DNA of 32,000 nucleotides from positions 1,155,952-1,187,951 of the forward strand of contig NZ_AP022581.1 of the NCBI RefSeq assembly GCF_010731535.1, in the 5' to 3' direction. The number at the start of each line of letters is the position of its first letter. The first letter of the stretch is position 1. A model generated the notes under the pieces. It saw only the letters and a list, made by a program, of their open reading frames with translations, had not been told where the DNA came from and ran no database searches. Both the position numbers and the translations under genes were made by a program. This document shows, piece after piece, positions 8,413-17,579 of the stretch. This DNA comes from Mycobacterium lacus. Its GTDB lineage: Bacteria; Actinomycetota; Actinomycetes; Mycobacteriales; Mycobacteriaceae.

Positions 8413-8834
8413 GCACCGGATCGGCGATCGTCGCCGCCGCCACCTTCGTGTGGCTCGGTATGGTGCTGGCCATTTCGTTCCTGGAAGCACCGCTCAAATT
8501 CCGGGCCCCGAACGTGACGGTGCAGCTCGGTCTCGGCATCGGGCGCCTGGTCTTCCGCGCGCTCAACACCGTCGAGGTCGCCCTCGCCATGGTGATCCTG
8601 GCGATACTGGTGGCCGGTCCGACGCCGGCGCGGGTGGGCGTGGCGTTTGCCGTCGTGTTCGCCGCGTTGGCCGTGCAACTGATCGCGGTGCGCCCACGGT
8701 TGACCCGCCGTTCCGATGAGGTGCTCGCCGGGCTGGTTGCGCCGCGCTCCCGCGCCCACTACGCCTATGTCGGATTGGAGGGAGTCAAGGTCGTCGCGCT
8801 GGTGGTGGCGGGGATACTCGTACTGAACGGCTAA
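8409..8834 (+). CDS. Small integral membrane protein (about 4 TM; Rv2620c position)
   Basis: GTG start overlapping the upstream stop. VSTGSAIVAAATFVWLGMVLAISFLEAPLKF... contains four hydrophobic segments. Confidence 0.7.
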   Translation: MSTGSAIVAAATFVWLGMVLAISFLEAPLKFRAPNVTVQLGLGIGRLVFRALNTVEVALAMVILAILVAGPTPARVGVAFAVVFAALAVQLIAVRPRLTRRSDEVLAGLVAPRSRAHYAYVGLEGVKVVALVVAGILVLNG

Positions 8835-8867
8835 TTGCGGATACAAACTGCTGATAAGGACTCACCG

Positions 8868-9215
8868 ATGGAATCCATCTCGTTGACCAGCCTGGCTTCC
8901 GAAAAGTTGGCCGAGGCCCATGGGTCGCACAGCGGCCGGGCCGCGCACACCATCCACGGCGGTCACACGCACGAGCTTCGGCAGACCGTGCTGGCCCTGC
9001 TCGCCGGCCACGATCTGTCCGAACACGGCAGCCCGGGTGAGGCGACCCTGCAGGTGCTGCAGGGCCACGTGCGCCTGACCACCGGCTCCGACGCATGGGA
9101 CGGCAAGACCGGTGACTACGTCGCGATTCCGCCCGAACGGCACGCCGTGCACGCGGTCGAGGATTCGGTGGTCATGCTGACCGTCCTGAAATCCCAGCCC
9201 GGCGCCGCGCACTAG
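8868..9215 (+). CDS. Cupin-domain protein (Rv2619c position)
   Basis: MESISLTSLASEKLAEAHGSHSGRAAHTIHGG..ATLQVLQGHVRLTTGSDAWDGKTGDYVAIPPERHAVHAVEDSVVMLTV. The beta-rich cupin-like pattern includes the G-x5-P-x-x-x-H-x-V element. Confidence 0.65.
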   Translation: MESISLTSLASEKLAEAHGSHSGRAAHTIHGGHTHELRQTVLALLAGHDLSEHGSPGEATLQVLQGHVRLTTGSDAWDGKTGDYVAIPPERHAVHAVEDSVVMLTVLKSQPGAAH

Positions 9216-9217
9216 GG

Positions 9218-9397
9218 ATGCTATCGACCCGTTGGTCGCGGAGCTTCGGCCTGCGGGCACCGGTCGTCAACGCCCCGATGGGCGGGGTCGCCGGTGGCCG
9301 GCTGGCCGCCGCGGTGACCGCCGCCCGCAAGGAGCTGGCCGCGCCGATCGTCGCCGACGACCGTCGCATCGCGGGGCCTACTCGGCGCGGCGGTTGA
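9218..9397 (+). pseudogene. N-terminal fragment of a nitronate monooxygenase (2-nitropropane dioxygenase-like) gene
   Basis: A 59-codon ORF, too short for the track: MLSTRWSRSFGLRAPVVNAPMGGVAGGRLAAAVTAARKELAAP... The stretch FGLRAPVVNAPMGGVAGGRLAAAV matches the conserved NMO N-terminus (..P[IV][IV]xAPMGGVxxxxLAAAV). Similarity stops after about 37 aa, and the ORF runs into the 3' end of the convergent regulator gene. Confidence 0.5.
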
Positions 9398-10064
9398 GCA
9401 CCACGCAGCATCGGGCCGGCCCGGGCCGTAGCCGGGCTTCCGGGCCATGCGGCCCCAGCGCGTCGGCAACCCCGGTGATCAGCGCGTGGTTCATGGTGCA
9501 GGCCAACTCGGTCTGTTCCTGGGCCAAGGCGTGGAATGGGCAGTTGGCCAGCTCGACCTCGCCATCGGTACGACGGGGCTCGTAGCCGTACTCGCTGAGC
9601 ACGGCCAGCGCCATGTCCAGTGCCGCCGCGGCATCCGCGGGCGGCCGCTTGCTGGCGCCGATGCTCTGGCCGTAGTCGTGGGCGATCCGGTTGAGCACCT
9701 CGACGACGGGCTCGCCGGTGGCGGCCGACCGCGCGATGGCCGCCGCCATCAGCCGCCCGGCAAGCTCGTACTCGCGCTGCGGAAGGCTGACGGCGATGTC
9801 GCGGCCGGCCCTGTGATACAGCTTGGACGGTCGCCCGGCGCCGGGGCCGGACCGCCCCGTCAGGCGCGCATACTCGCTATCCAGCAGGCCCTCGGCGGTG
9901 AGCCGGTCCAAGTGGAATTTCGCCTGGTGGTGGGGGATGCCGACGGCCTCGGCCGCCTGGTCGCGGCTCACCGGCGCCGGTTGTGAGCACACGAATTGGT
10001 AGAGCTGGTGACGCACCGGATGGGCGAGTGCCCCGATCCCGGCGGCGGCGTGCTCCAGGTCCAT
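9378..10064 (-). CDS. ArsR/HTH_20-like winged-helix transcriptional regulator with C-terminal CPF-motif domain (Rv2618 position)
   Basis: 228 aa. LAHPVRHQLYQFVCSQPAPVSRDQAAEAVGIPHHQAKFHLDRLTAEGLL is a typical wHTH. C-terminal NCPFHALA...C motif. Confidence 0.75.
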   Translation of the reverse strand: MDLEHAAAGIGALAHPVRHQLYQFVCSQPAPVSRDQAAEAVGIPHHQAKFHLDRLTAEGLLDSEYARLTGRSGPGAGRPSKLYHRAGRDIAVSLPQREYELAGRLMAAAIARSAATGEPVVEVLNRIAHDYGQSIGASKRPPADAAAALDMALAVLSEYGYEPRRTDGEVELANCPFHALAQEQTELACTMNHALITGVADALGPHGPEARLRPGPARCCVVLNRRAE

Positions 10065-10078
10065 GTCAGCGCCCCTTT

Positions 10079-10144
10079 TCTAACAGATAAAACACTTGAC
10101 GTTACAGACTGCGGATTCTAACGTTCAGATTATTGTCTGTTAGA
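10079..10144. promoter_or_regulatory. AT-rich divergent promoter/operator with repeated TCTAAC..AGA half-sites
   Basis: TCTAACAGA (10079-10087) and TCTGTTAGA (10136-10144) are exact reverse complements. Between them lie gTTACAGA (10101-10108) and the near-palindrome TCTAACGTTCAGA (10117-10129). The whole 95-bp intergenic region is far more AT-rich than its flanks. Confidence 0.6.
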
Positions 10145-10159
10145 TTACGGGAGGAAGCC

Positions 10160-10603
10160 ATGAGTACCCGACAATCCGCCGCCACGCCCGCCCTCGCGGA
10201 ACAGTTGAAGGACCCCGCGTACTCCGCGTATGTGTTGCTTCGCACGGTATTCACGATCGCGCCGATCGCGTTCGGGTTGGACAAGTTCTTCAATCTGCTG
10301 ACCCATCCGCATCACTGGAGCATGTACCTGGCCGGCTGGATCGACGAGCTGGTTCCGGGCACCGCGGACCAGTGCATGTACCTGGTGGGGGTGATCGAGG
10401 TCGTGGCCGGCGTGCTGGTGGCGGTCGCGCCCCGGTTCGGCGCCTGGGTCGTCGCGGCGTGGCTGGCCGGGATCATTCTCGACCTGGTCACCGGACCCGG
10501 CTCTTACGACGTCGCGCTGCGCGACTTCGGTTTGCTGGTGGGCGCGGTCGCGCTGGCGCGCCTGGCGCAGGGCGTGCACACCGGCAGCATCGGGCGCCGC
10601 TGA
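10160..10603 (+). CDS. DoxX-like small membrane protein (Rv2617c position)
   Basis: ATG preceded by GGGAGGAAG. AYVLLRTVFTIAPIAFGLDKFFNLL...VGVIEVVAGVLVAVAPRFGAWVVAAWLAGIILDL has a DoxX-type hydrophobic pattern. Confidence 0.65.
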   Translation: MSTRQSAATPALAEQLKDPAYSAYVLLRTVFTIAPIAFGLDKFFNLLTHPHHWSMYLAGWIDELVPGTADQCMYLVGVIEVVAGVLVAVAPRFGAWVVAAWLAGIILDLVTGPGSYDVALRDFGLLVGAVALARLAQGVHTGSIGRR

Positions 10604-10612
10604 CCCAACCCG

Positions 10613-11116
10613 TCACACCCCGCGCAGGTAGCGCTTGGCAACGATGCGCTGGGTTATCGACACCAGCGGGCCGCCGGCCTTGCTCCACCAGGTTGCCGGT
10701 CGGGAGAACGCCGCCACCTCCGCGTACACCGCGGAGGTGGCCGGGTCGTGGCGCACGGCGAACCGTTCCTCGCCGGACTCGGGATGGCCGGGCAGGGTGC
10801 CATAGGCGAATCCGCGCACATCGGGTTCGTCGATGACGTACACCACGCGGCACGGCGCATGCAGGAAACCCATCATCCTGACCACCACCACCGCGGAGAC
10901 CACGGCGACGTCGGAGCTGGCCTGCACCCGCAAACCGGCGCCGCGCTGCATGCCCCAGTGCATGACGGCGTCGGCGGCCTGCTCGAAACGCTCTAGGCCC
11001 GTGCCGATTTGGGTCGCCTCACTGAGGTGGCCGTAGCCCGGGGGCAACAGGCCGGATGCGGTCGCGCCCACCTCCGGATACGTCAGCGGCAGATCGGCGA
11101 GCGCATTCAAGTCCAC
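10613..11116 (-). CDS. DUF1990-family protein (Rv2616 position)
   Basis: 167 aa. LTYPEVGAT...GYGHL....IGTG.ERFEQAADAVMHWGMQRGAGLRV...FAYGTLPGHPESGEERF is the typical DUF1990 signature. Confidence 0.75.
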   Translation of the reverse strand: MDLNALADLPLTYPEVGATASGLLPPGYGHLSEATQIGTGLERFEQAADAVMHWGMQRGAGLRVQASSDVAVVSAVVVVRMMGFLHAPCRVVYVIDEPDVRGFAYGTLPGHPESGEERFAVRHDPATSAVYAEVAAFSRPATWWSKAGGPLVSITQRIVAKRYLRGV

Positions 11117-11488
11117 GAGGCCAGCTTGCCACGGGCGTGCGGTCGTTGAGGTGGCCGCACAAACCCTCGCACCGGCATCCGGATCGTTCAGTCTCGGCGG
11201 GGAAAGAGGTTAAGCGCCGCACCGGCGTCGTCGACGTCTGTCCCAACCCGGCCGCTCTGCAGCGCCCGGCCGGCTCGGTGCTCGTCGACGCCCACAATGA
11301 ATGGCAGGTCGCGGGCACTACCGGCATAGTCGAAACCCGCAGAGCCGAACGCGAATACGCGCAAGCTCTTACACTTCGTAAAGAAGTGTGCTCGGCTGCA
11401 CCTGGCACGATCGCGATAGGCTCTCATCGTTTCGAGCATCGACGACGACCGGGCGTCAGCCGCGTCCTGGATTGATGGGAGGACGACG

Positions 11489-13303
11489 ATGTCCTTTGTG
11501 ATTGCGGCACCGGAGATGTTGGCGGCGGCCGCCGCGGATCTGGCCGGCATCGGCTCGGCGGTGGGCGCCGCGAACGCGGCGGCGTTGGCCCCCACGACGA
11601 GTGTGCTGGCCGCGGCAGCCGACGAGGTGTCGACGGCGGTCGCGGCGCTGTTCAGCGGACACGCCCAGGCCTACCAGGCGCTGAGCGCCCAGGCGGGCGC
11701 GTTTCACGCCCAGTTCGTGGCAGTGCTGAACGCGGGCGCCGGTTCCTATCTGCAGGCCGAGGCCACCAACGCCGAGCAGAACCTGCTCAATGCCGTCAAT
11801 GCCCCCGCCCAGGCGGTGCTGGGGCGCCCGTTGATCGGCGATGGCGCCGCCGGTGGCCCGGGGCAGGACGGCGGGGCCGGCGGGCTGCTGTTCGGCAACG
11901 GCGGCCGCGGCGGCGACGGCCTGCCCGGCCAGGTGGGCGGCAACGGCGGCAGCGCGGGGTTGATCGGCAACGGCGGGGCGGGCGGCGCCGGTGGTGCCGG
12001 CGCGGCCGGCGGCACCGGCGGCAACGGCGGTTGGCTGTATGGCAATGGTGGCGTCGGCGGTATGGGTGGGGCCGCGGTGGCGGGCATCAACGGCGGCAAT
12101 CCCGGGCATGGGGGTAACGGCGGCACCGCCATCCTGTTCGGCGACGGCGGGGCGGGCGGCCCCGGCGGCACCGGCCTGGCCGGGGCAAACGGTGTCAACC
12201 CCACCATCAGCGGCACCGCCGCCACCGGCACCGCCGGCACCAGTGATCAGGTCGCCAATGCGAACGCGTTCGGCGCCAACGGCGGCGATGGCGCCTATGG
12301 CGGCCTGGGCGCCACTGGCGGCACCGGCGGCGCCGGCGGGGCCGCGTCGGTTGTAAGCGGTTCTGGAAAAGCTACCGGCGGCGCCGGCGGCGCCGGCGGC
12401 GCCGGCGGCAACGGCGGTAACGGCGGCGCCGGCGGATCGGCCACCACCGTCGACGGCGGTGCCGCCGGGGGCGCCGGCGGCAACGGCACCATTGCGCTGG
12501 CCTCCGGCGGTGCCGGTGGCGCGGGAGGTCCGGGCGGGTCCGCTGCGAGCAGCAATGGTGTCGCCGGCGGCGGCGGCGGCGGCACCGGCGGTGGCGGCGG
12601 GCCGGGGGCGTCGGGGGGCGGCGGCGGCACCGGCGGTGCGGGCGGTCACGGCGGTCACGCCGGCTTGCTGTTCGGCAACGGCGGCGCCGGCGGCGCCGGC
12701 GGCATCGGCGGTGCGGGTGGCGCAGGCGCCACCGGCGGCCCGGGCGGCAACGGCGGCTCGGGTGGCGCGGCTAGTAACTCCAATGGCAATGTGGACGGTG
12801 GGATGGGCGGCAACGGCGGCGCCGGCGGCGCCGGCGGCATCGGCGGGTCCGGCGGCAGCGGCGGCCCCGGCGGCAATGGTGGGGCCGGTGGGTTGCTGAT
12901 CGGCAACGGCGGTGACGGCGGTACCGCCGGCGCCGGCGGCGCGGGCGGCATCGGCGGGGTCGGCGGTGTGGGTGCCGCCGGGGGCGATGGTGGTAAAGCC
13001 GCCGCCGATGCAGGGTTCGTAGGCCTCGGCGGAGACGGCGGCACGGGCGGCAATGGCGGTGCCGGCGGTACCGGCGGCAACGGCGGCGGCAGCGGCATCG
13101 GCGGCACGGGCGGTTCGGCGGGGCTGCTGATCGGCCAGGCGGGCACCAATGGAACCGCCGGCGCCGGCGGCGTCGGCGGCGCGGGCGGTGCCGGCGGCGG
13201 GTTCGGCGCCGGCGGCGCTGGCGGCACCGGGACCTCCTTCAACGGCATACCCGGCGCCAAGGGCCAACTCGGCGCCGACGGCATGTCCGGCCAACACGGC
13301 TAA
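11489..13303 (+). CDS. PE_PGRS family protein (PE_PGRS45/Rv2615c position)
   Basis: 604 aa. PE domain [77 protein letters not shown]. Linker GRPLIGDG. This is followed by about 480 aa of GGAGG/GGNGG repeats. GGGAGG SD 8 nt upstream. Confidence 0.95.
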   Translation: MSFVIAAPEMLAAAAADLAGIGSAVGAANAAALAPTTSVLAAAADEVSTAVAALFSGHAQAYQALSAQAGAFHAQFVAVLNAGAGSYLQAEATNAEQNLLNAVNAPAQAVLGRPLIGDGAAGGPGQDGGAGGLLFGNGGRGGDGLPGQVGGNGGSAGLIGNGGAGGAGGAGAAGGTGGNGGWLYGNGGVGGMGGAAVAGINGGNPGHGGNGGTAILFGDGGAGGPGGTGLAGANGVNPTISGTAATGTAGTSDQVANANAFGANGGDGAYGGLGATGGTGGAGGAASVVSGSGKATGGAGGAGGAGGNGGNGGAGGSATTVDGGAAGGAGGNGTIALASGGAGGAGGPGGSAASSNGVAGGGGGGTGGGGGPGASGGGGGTGGAGGHGGHAGLLFGNGGAGGAGGIGGAGGAGATGGPGGNGGSGGAASNSNGNVDGGMGGNGGAGGAGGIGGSGGSGGPGGNGGAGGLLIGNGGDGGTAGAGGAGGIGGVGGVGAAGGDGGKAAADAGFVGLGGDGGTGGNGGAGGTGGNGGGSGIGGTGGSAGLLIGQAGTNGTAGAGGVGGAGGAGGGFGAGGAGGTGTSFNGIPGAKGQLGADGMSGQHG

Positions 13304-13402
13304 ATCGTCGTCGGGCGCTGGTCTGGTGGGTAGCTGACACGTAGTGCGTGCGGCCAGCCCCGAGGCGGCGCAACAGCATCCGAGCCAACGTCGATGTCGC
13401 CA

Positions 13403-13478
13403 CAAATTGCTATAGACAATCGTTTTGTAAACATACTATTGTATCAAGCGATAGTTGTATTACTATAGATTATCGATC
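13403..13478. promoter_or_regulatory. Strongly AT-rich tract (about one-third G+C by hand count) upstream of the GT2 gene. Candidate promoter or nucleoid-protein (Lsr2-type) target.
   Basis: caaattgctatagacaatcgttttgtaaacatactattgtatcaagcgatagttgtattactatagattatcgatc. It contains the direct repeat CTATAGAcaATCG (13410-13422) / CTATAGAttATCG (13463-13475). Confidence 0.4.
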
Positions 13479-13623
13479 GGAACGACAATGTGGTGCACCC
13501 GCGCAACCCGGGGCTCTTGATACCCGGGGTCTCATCTCGATGGCGCGGGCCCGCATCGGCGGCGACGGCCGTCGCGGCACCCCGCAGCGACCCCCGCCGT
13601 ACGGTCGGCACACGAGCGCGGCA

Positions 13624-14661
13624 ATGACGCAGACCCTCCCGGGTGCCGGCCATCGACCTCAGTCCGCCGGATTGGCGTCACCGTCGGTCGCGATCGTCAT
13701 CCCCGCCTACAACGAGGAACATTTCATTGGCGCCTGCCTGGAATCATGCATCCGGCAAACATCGATGCCGGACGAGATAATCGTCGTCAACAACAGGTCG
13801 ACGGACAACACCGCGGCGATCGTGCGCCGATTCCACTTGCACAACCCGCATGTCGACCTACGACTGCTCGATCAAGATGAGTATCAAGGCATCGCTCCGA
13901 CGCGGAACCGTGGATTCGACGCGGTGCGCAGCGACATCATCGGCCGGATCGACGCCGATTCGGTCATCCCCACCGACTGGGTCGAGACGATTCGCCGCCG
14001 CTTCCAGGACCGCGCCGTCGATGCATTGACGGGCCCGGTCCGGTATTACGACATGCCGTGGCAAGAACCCGTTTTCCGGCTTGACCGCGCCGTGCGCGCG
14101 AGGCTGCACCGCCGGGCCACTGATCAACGGTTCCTGCTCGGGGCCAACATGGCGATCCGCACCCGGGCGTGGCAGGCGGTCCGTCACCTCACGCGGCTGG
14201 ATTTAGACGATCGACTGCACGAAGACATCGACCTCGCGGTCACGCTGTTCAAGAACAATTTCGAGATCGCCTACGAGCCCACGCTGGTTGCCGGCGTATC
14301 CGGACGACGGGTGGAATGCCGGGCGGGCGACTTCTACCGATACGCGACCCGCTATCTCAGGACGACCAAAGCGCACAACGTCAGCAGCCATCCGGCGCTG
14401 CTGACGATACTCATCCTGCTGGTCGGATACCTTCCGGTCCGCACCTTGCGGTTCTTCTATGACGTCGAGAACAAGCGGTTCACACTGGTGAAGCTGCGCG
14501 ACCGGCTGCACTCGATGGGCGTTACGACGCGCCGCGGGCGCAAGCCTGGACCAGCGGCGGCCCGCATTGACGGACCGCCGGCGAGCTCCCGTCCCCGCCG
14601 GCCCGCGGTGGCCGATCACCAGCCGGAGCAACCAGACGTGCCACATCGGCGTGCGGCCTGA
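13624..14661 (+). CDS. Family 2 glycosyltransferase (GT-A fold), not part of the H37Rv-type gene order
   Basis: VAIVIPAYNEEHFIGACLESCIRQTSMPDEIIVVNNRSTDNT (GT2 N-terminal signature). D-x-D-type motif (GRIDADSV). C-terminal hydrophobic segment. Start uncertain: ATG 13624 or ATG 13540. The track start 13348 reads through the AT-rich tract and is unlikely. Confidence 0.75.
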   Translation: MTQTLPGAGHRPQSAGLASPSVAIVIPAYNEEHFIGACLESCIRQTSMPDEIIVVNNRSTDNTAAIVRRFHLHNPHVDLRLLDQDEYQGIAPTRNRGFDAVRSDIIGRIDADSVIPTDWVETIRRRFQDRAVDALTGPVRYYDMPWQEPVFRLDRAVRARLHRRATDQRFLLGANMAIRTRAWQAVRHLTRLDLDDRLHEDIDLAVTLFKNNFEIAYEPTLVAGVSGRRVECRAGDFYRYATRYLRTTKAHNVSSHPALLTILILLVGYLPVRTLRFFYDVENKRFTLVKLRDRLHSMGVTTRRGRKPGPAAARIDGPPASSRPRRPAVADHQPEQPDVPHRRAA

Positions 14662-14874
14662 CGCCATGTGCGGTAGCTAAGCGCCGGGCGGGCCGGATTG
14701 CCCGCCTCCTCCTCGGTCCGCCGCGCGGACCGCATCGTCGCCGGGCGGGCCGGTTTGCCCCCCGGCCGGCCGGAAACCCAACCCCCACCCGGTTGATCGG
14801 CTTACGGTCGTCGGCGTCCGCCCCGATAGCATGGTCGCGTCCCTCCGACACACCTAGCCTTGGAGACCAACCCG

Positions 14875-17007
14875 ATGAGCGCCCCCGCACACCGCACCCG
14901 AGTAGCCGACGGCGGCGACCCGCGGCACCCGGCCCCGCGCGAGCGGGTGGCACCCCCAGCGTCGGGTTTGCGGCCGCCGCAAGCCCCGATCCGGGTTCCT
15001 GCGGGGACCACCGCGGCGGCCGCGGTCGGCGAGGCGGGGTTGCCGGGGCGCGGTGCACCCGACGCGATCGTGGTGGTGCGCGACGCCGACGGCAAGCTGC
15101 GCGACTTGAGCTGGGTGCCCGACGTCGACACGGAGGTCACCCCGGTGGCCGCCAACACCGAGGACGGTCGCAGCGTGATCCGCCATTCGACCGCCCACGT
15201 TTTGGCCCAGGCCGTCCAAGACCTGTTCCCGGAGGCCAAGCTGGGGATCGGGCCACCGATCACCGACGGTTTCTACTACGACTTCGACGTGGCAGAACCG
15301 TTCACGCCCGAGGACCTGGCGGCGCTGGAAAAGCGGATGCGCCAGATCGTCAAGGACGGACAGTTGTTCGACCGGCGGGTCTACGAGTGCACGGAGCGGG
15401 CCCGCGAGGAGCTGGCCGACGAGCCCTACAAACTCGAGCTGGTCGACGACAAGTCCGGTGACGCCGAGATCATGGAGGTCGGGGGCGACGAGCTCACCGC
15501 CTACGACAACCTCAATCCCCGGACCCGCGAGCGGGTTTGGAGCGACCTGTGCCGCGGACCGCACATCCCGACCACCAGGCATATCCCGGCGTTCAAGCTC
15601 ACCCGCAGCTCGGCCGCCTACTGGCGGGGCGACCAGAACAACGCCAGCCTGCAGCGGATCTACGGCACCGCCTGGGAGACGCAGGAGGCGCTCGAGCGAC
15701 ACCTGGAGGTGATCGCCGAAGCCCAGCGCCGCGACCACCGCAAGCTCGGCGTGGAGCTGGACCTGTTCAGCTTTCCCGACGAAATCGGTTCCGGCCTGGC
15801 GGTTTTCCACCCCAAGGGCGGCATCGTGCGTCGGGAACTCGAGGACTACTCGCGGCGCAAGCACGCGCTCGCCGGCTACCAGTTCGTCAACAGCCCGCAC
15901 ATCACCAAGGCCCAGCTGTTCCACACCTCGGGACACCTGGATTGGTATGCCGACGGCATGTTCCCGCCGATGCACATCGACGCGGAGTACAACGCGGACG
16001 GCTCGCTGCGCAAACCCGGCCAGGACTACTACCTCAAGCCGATGAACTGCCCAATGCACTGCCTGATTTTTCGGGCGCGCGGCCGGTCCTATCGCGAATT
16101 GCCGTTGCGGCTCTTCGAGTTCGGCACGGTCTACCGCTACGAGAAGTCCGGCGTGGTGCATGGGCTGACCCGGGTGCGCGGGCTGACCATGGACGACGCG
16201 CACATTTTCTGCGGCCGCGACCAGATGCGCGACGAGCTGCGGTCGCTGCTGCGGTTCGTGCTCGACCTGCTCGGCGACTACGGGCTGGCCGACTTCTATC
16301 TCGAACTGTCCACCAAAGACCCGGAGAAGTTCGTCGGCTCCGAGGAGGCCTGGGAGGACGCCACCAACGTGCTGGCCGAGGTGGGCGCCGAATCGGGCCT
16401 GGAGCTGGTGCCGGATCCTGGTGGCGCGGCGTTCTACGGGCCGAAGATCTCGGTGCAGGTCAAGGACGCGCTGGGCCGCACCTGGCAGATGTCGACCATC
16501 CAGCTGGACTTCAACTTCCCGGAGCGTTTCGAGCTGGAGTACACCGCCGCCGACGGGACCCGCCAGCGCCCGGTGATGATCCACCGCGCCCTGTTCGGGT
16601 CGATCGAGCGGTTTTTCGGCATCCTTACCGAGCACTACGCGGGGGCGTTCCCGGCGTGGCTGGCGCCCGTCCAGGTGGTCGGCATCCCGGTCGCCGACGA
16701 GCATGTGGCCTACCTGGAAGAGGTTGCCGCGCGACTGAAGTCGCACGGGGTGCGGGTAGAGGTGGACGGCAGCGACGATCGGATGGCCAAGAAGATCGTG
16801 CACCACACCAACCAGAAGGTGCCTTTCATGTTGCTGGCCGGCGACCGCGACGCGCAGGCCGGCGCGGTGAGTTTCCGGTTCGGTGACCGTACCCAGCTCA
16901 ACGGGGTGGCCCGTGACGACGCGATCGCGGCCATCGTCAAGTGGATCGCCGACCGCGAAAATGCCGCTCCGACAGCCGAGTTGGTGAAAGTGGCCGGCCG
17001 TGGCTGA
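14875..17007 (+). CDS. thrS: Threonine--tRNA ligase
   Basis: MSAPAH... start (codon 6 of the track ORF). Long stretches match Mtb ThrS as I recall it ([96 protein letters not shown]). Confidence 0.97.
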   Translation: MSAPAHRTRVADGGDPRHPAPRERVAPPASGLRPPQAPIRVPAGTTAAAAVGEAGLPGRGAPDAIVVVRDADGKLRDLSWVPDVDTEVTPVAANTEDGRSVIRHSTAHVLAQAVQDLFPEAKLGIGPPITDGFYYDFDVAEPFTPEDLAALEKRMRQIVKDGQLFDRRVYECTERAREELADEPYKLELVDDKSGDAEIMEVGGDELTAYDNLNPRTRERVWSDLCRGPHIPTTRHIPAFKLTRSSAAYWRGDQNNASLQRIYGTAWETQEALERHLEVIAEAQRRDHRKLGVELDLFSFPDEIGSGLAVFHPKGGIVRRELEDYSRRKHALAGYQFVNSPHITKAQLFHTSGHLDWYADGMFPPMHIDAEYNADGSLRKPGQDYYLKPMNCPMHCLIFRARGRSYRELPLRLFEFGTVYRYEKSGVVHGLTRVRGLTMDDAHIFCGRDQMRDELRSLLRFVLDLLGDYGLADFYLELSTKDPEKFVGSEEAWEDATNVLAEVGAESGLELVPDPGGAAFYGPKISVQVKDALGRTWQMSTIQLDFNFPERFELEYTAADGTRQRPVMIHRALFGSIERFFGILTEHYAGAFPAWLAPVQVVGIPVADEHVAYLEEVAARLKSHGVRVEVDGSDDRMAKKIVHHTNQKVPFMLLAGDRDAQAGAVSFRFGDRTQLNGVARDDAIAAIVKWIADRENAAPTAELVKVAGRG

Positions 17008-17572
17008 CGAGCAACACGCCGATCGCGCTGACGACACCATCCTCGACCGCGGCGTCGGCCAGGACGACCAGCTGCAGCGGTTGTGGACGCCGTACCGGAT
17101 GAACTACCTCGCCGAGGCGCCGCTGAAGCGCGACACCGCCGGCGCCGAGCAGCCGTTCACCGACATTCCGCAGTTGTCGGATGAAGAGGGCCTGGTGGTG
17201 GCGCGCGGCGAACTCGTCTACGCCGTGCTCAACCTCTACCCGTATAACCCCGGGCACCTGATGGTGGTGCCCTACCGGCGGGTGTCCGAACTGGAAGATC
17301 TCACCGGCCCGGAGAGCGCCGAGCTGATGGCGTTCACCCAGAAGGCAATTCGCGTCATCAAGAGCGTGTCGCGGCCGCACGGCTTCAACGTCGGACTGAA
17401 CCTGGGGACGTCGGCGGGCGGGTCGCTGGCCGAGCACCTGCACGTCCATGTCGTGCCGCGGTGGGGCGGCGACGCGAACTTCATCACCATCATCGGCGGT
17501 TCCAAGGTGATCCCGCAGTTGCTGCGCGACACTCGCCGGCTGCTGGCCACCGAGTGGGCTCGCCAGCCATGA
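17000..17572 (+). CDS. HIT-family nucleotide-binding protein / Ap4A phosphorylase (Rv2613c-like)
   Basis: The GTG start overlaps the thrS stop by 8 nt. HIT motif [23 protein letters not shown]. Confidence 0.85.
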   Translation: MADEQHADRADDTILDRGVGQDDQLQRLWTPYRMNYLAEAPLKRDTAGAEQPFTDIPQLSDEEGLVVARGELVYAVLNLYPYNPGHLMVVPYRRVSELEDLTGPESAELMAFTQKAIRVIKSVSRPHGFNVGLNLGTSAGGSLAEHLHVHVVPRWGGDANFITIIGGSKVIPQLLRDTRRLLATEWARQP

Positions 17573-17579
17573 GGCAACC

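Noticed and set aside
7713-8846. 377-aa minus-strand ORF spanning the USP 3' end, the decayed junction, the regulator fragment and the membrane-protein gene
   Set aside because: Most of it is antisense to supported + strand genes. Only the 7811-8100 portion might be a relic of a real gene, and that is reported as a finding, not a feature.
11900-13250. Highly repetitive DNA that could be mistaken for a CRISPR array or tandem-repeat locus
   Set aside because: The repeats are degenerate Gly-Gly-Xaa coding triplets of the PGRS domain. There are no fixed-length repeat/spacer units.
11456-13405. 649-aa and several Pro-rich minus-strand ORFs over the PE_PGRS gene
   Set aside because: They are the reverse complement of the GGC/GGN repeats, which gives Ala/Pro-rich pseudo-proteins. 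The + strand carries a canonical PE domain, SD and GRPLIGDG linker.
13348-13623. Upstream extension of the GT2 ORF through the AT-rich tract
   Set aside because: The translated sequence (NCYRQSFCKHTIVSSDSCITIDYRSERQ...) has atypical composition and crosses DNA of about one-third GC. GT2 similarity begins just after Met at 13624.
14662-14874. Possible T-box or other riboswitch leader for thrS
   Set aside because: No specifier-loop or T-box consensus (AGGGUGGNACCGCG-like) is recognisable. The hairpins are better explained as terminators or repeat debris of the upstream GT2 insertion.
14854-17040. 728-aa minus-strand ORF covering all of thrS
   Set aside because: It is the antisense of an unambiguous thrS gene. 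Its composition is Arg/Gly/Pro/Ala-rich with no recognisable motifs. This is a typical shadow ORF of high-GC DNA, which is poor in stop codons.
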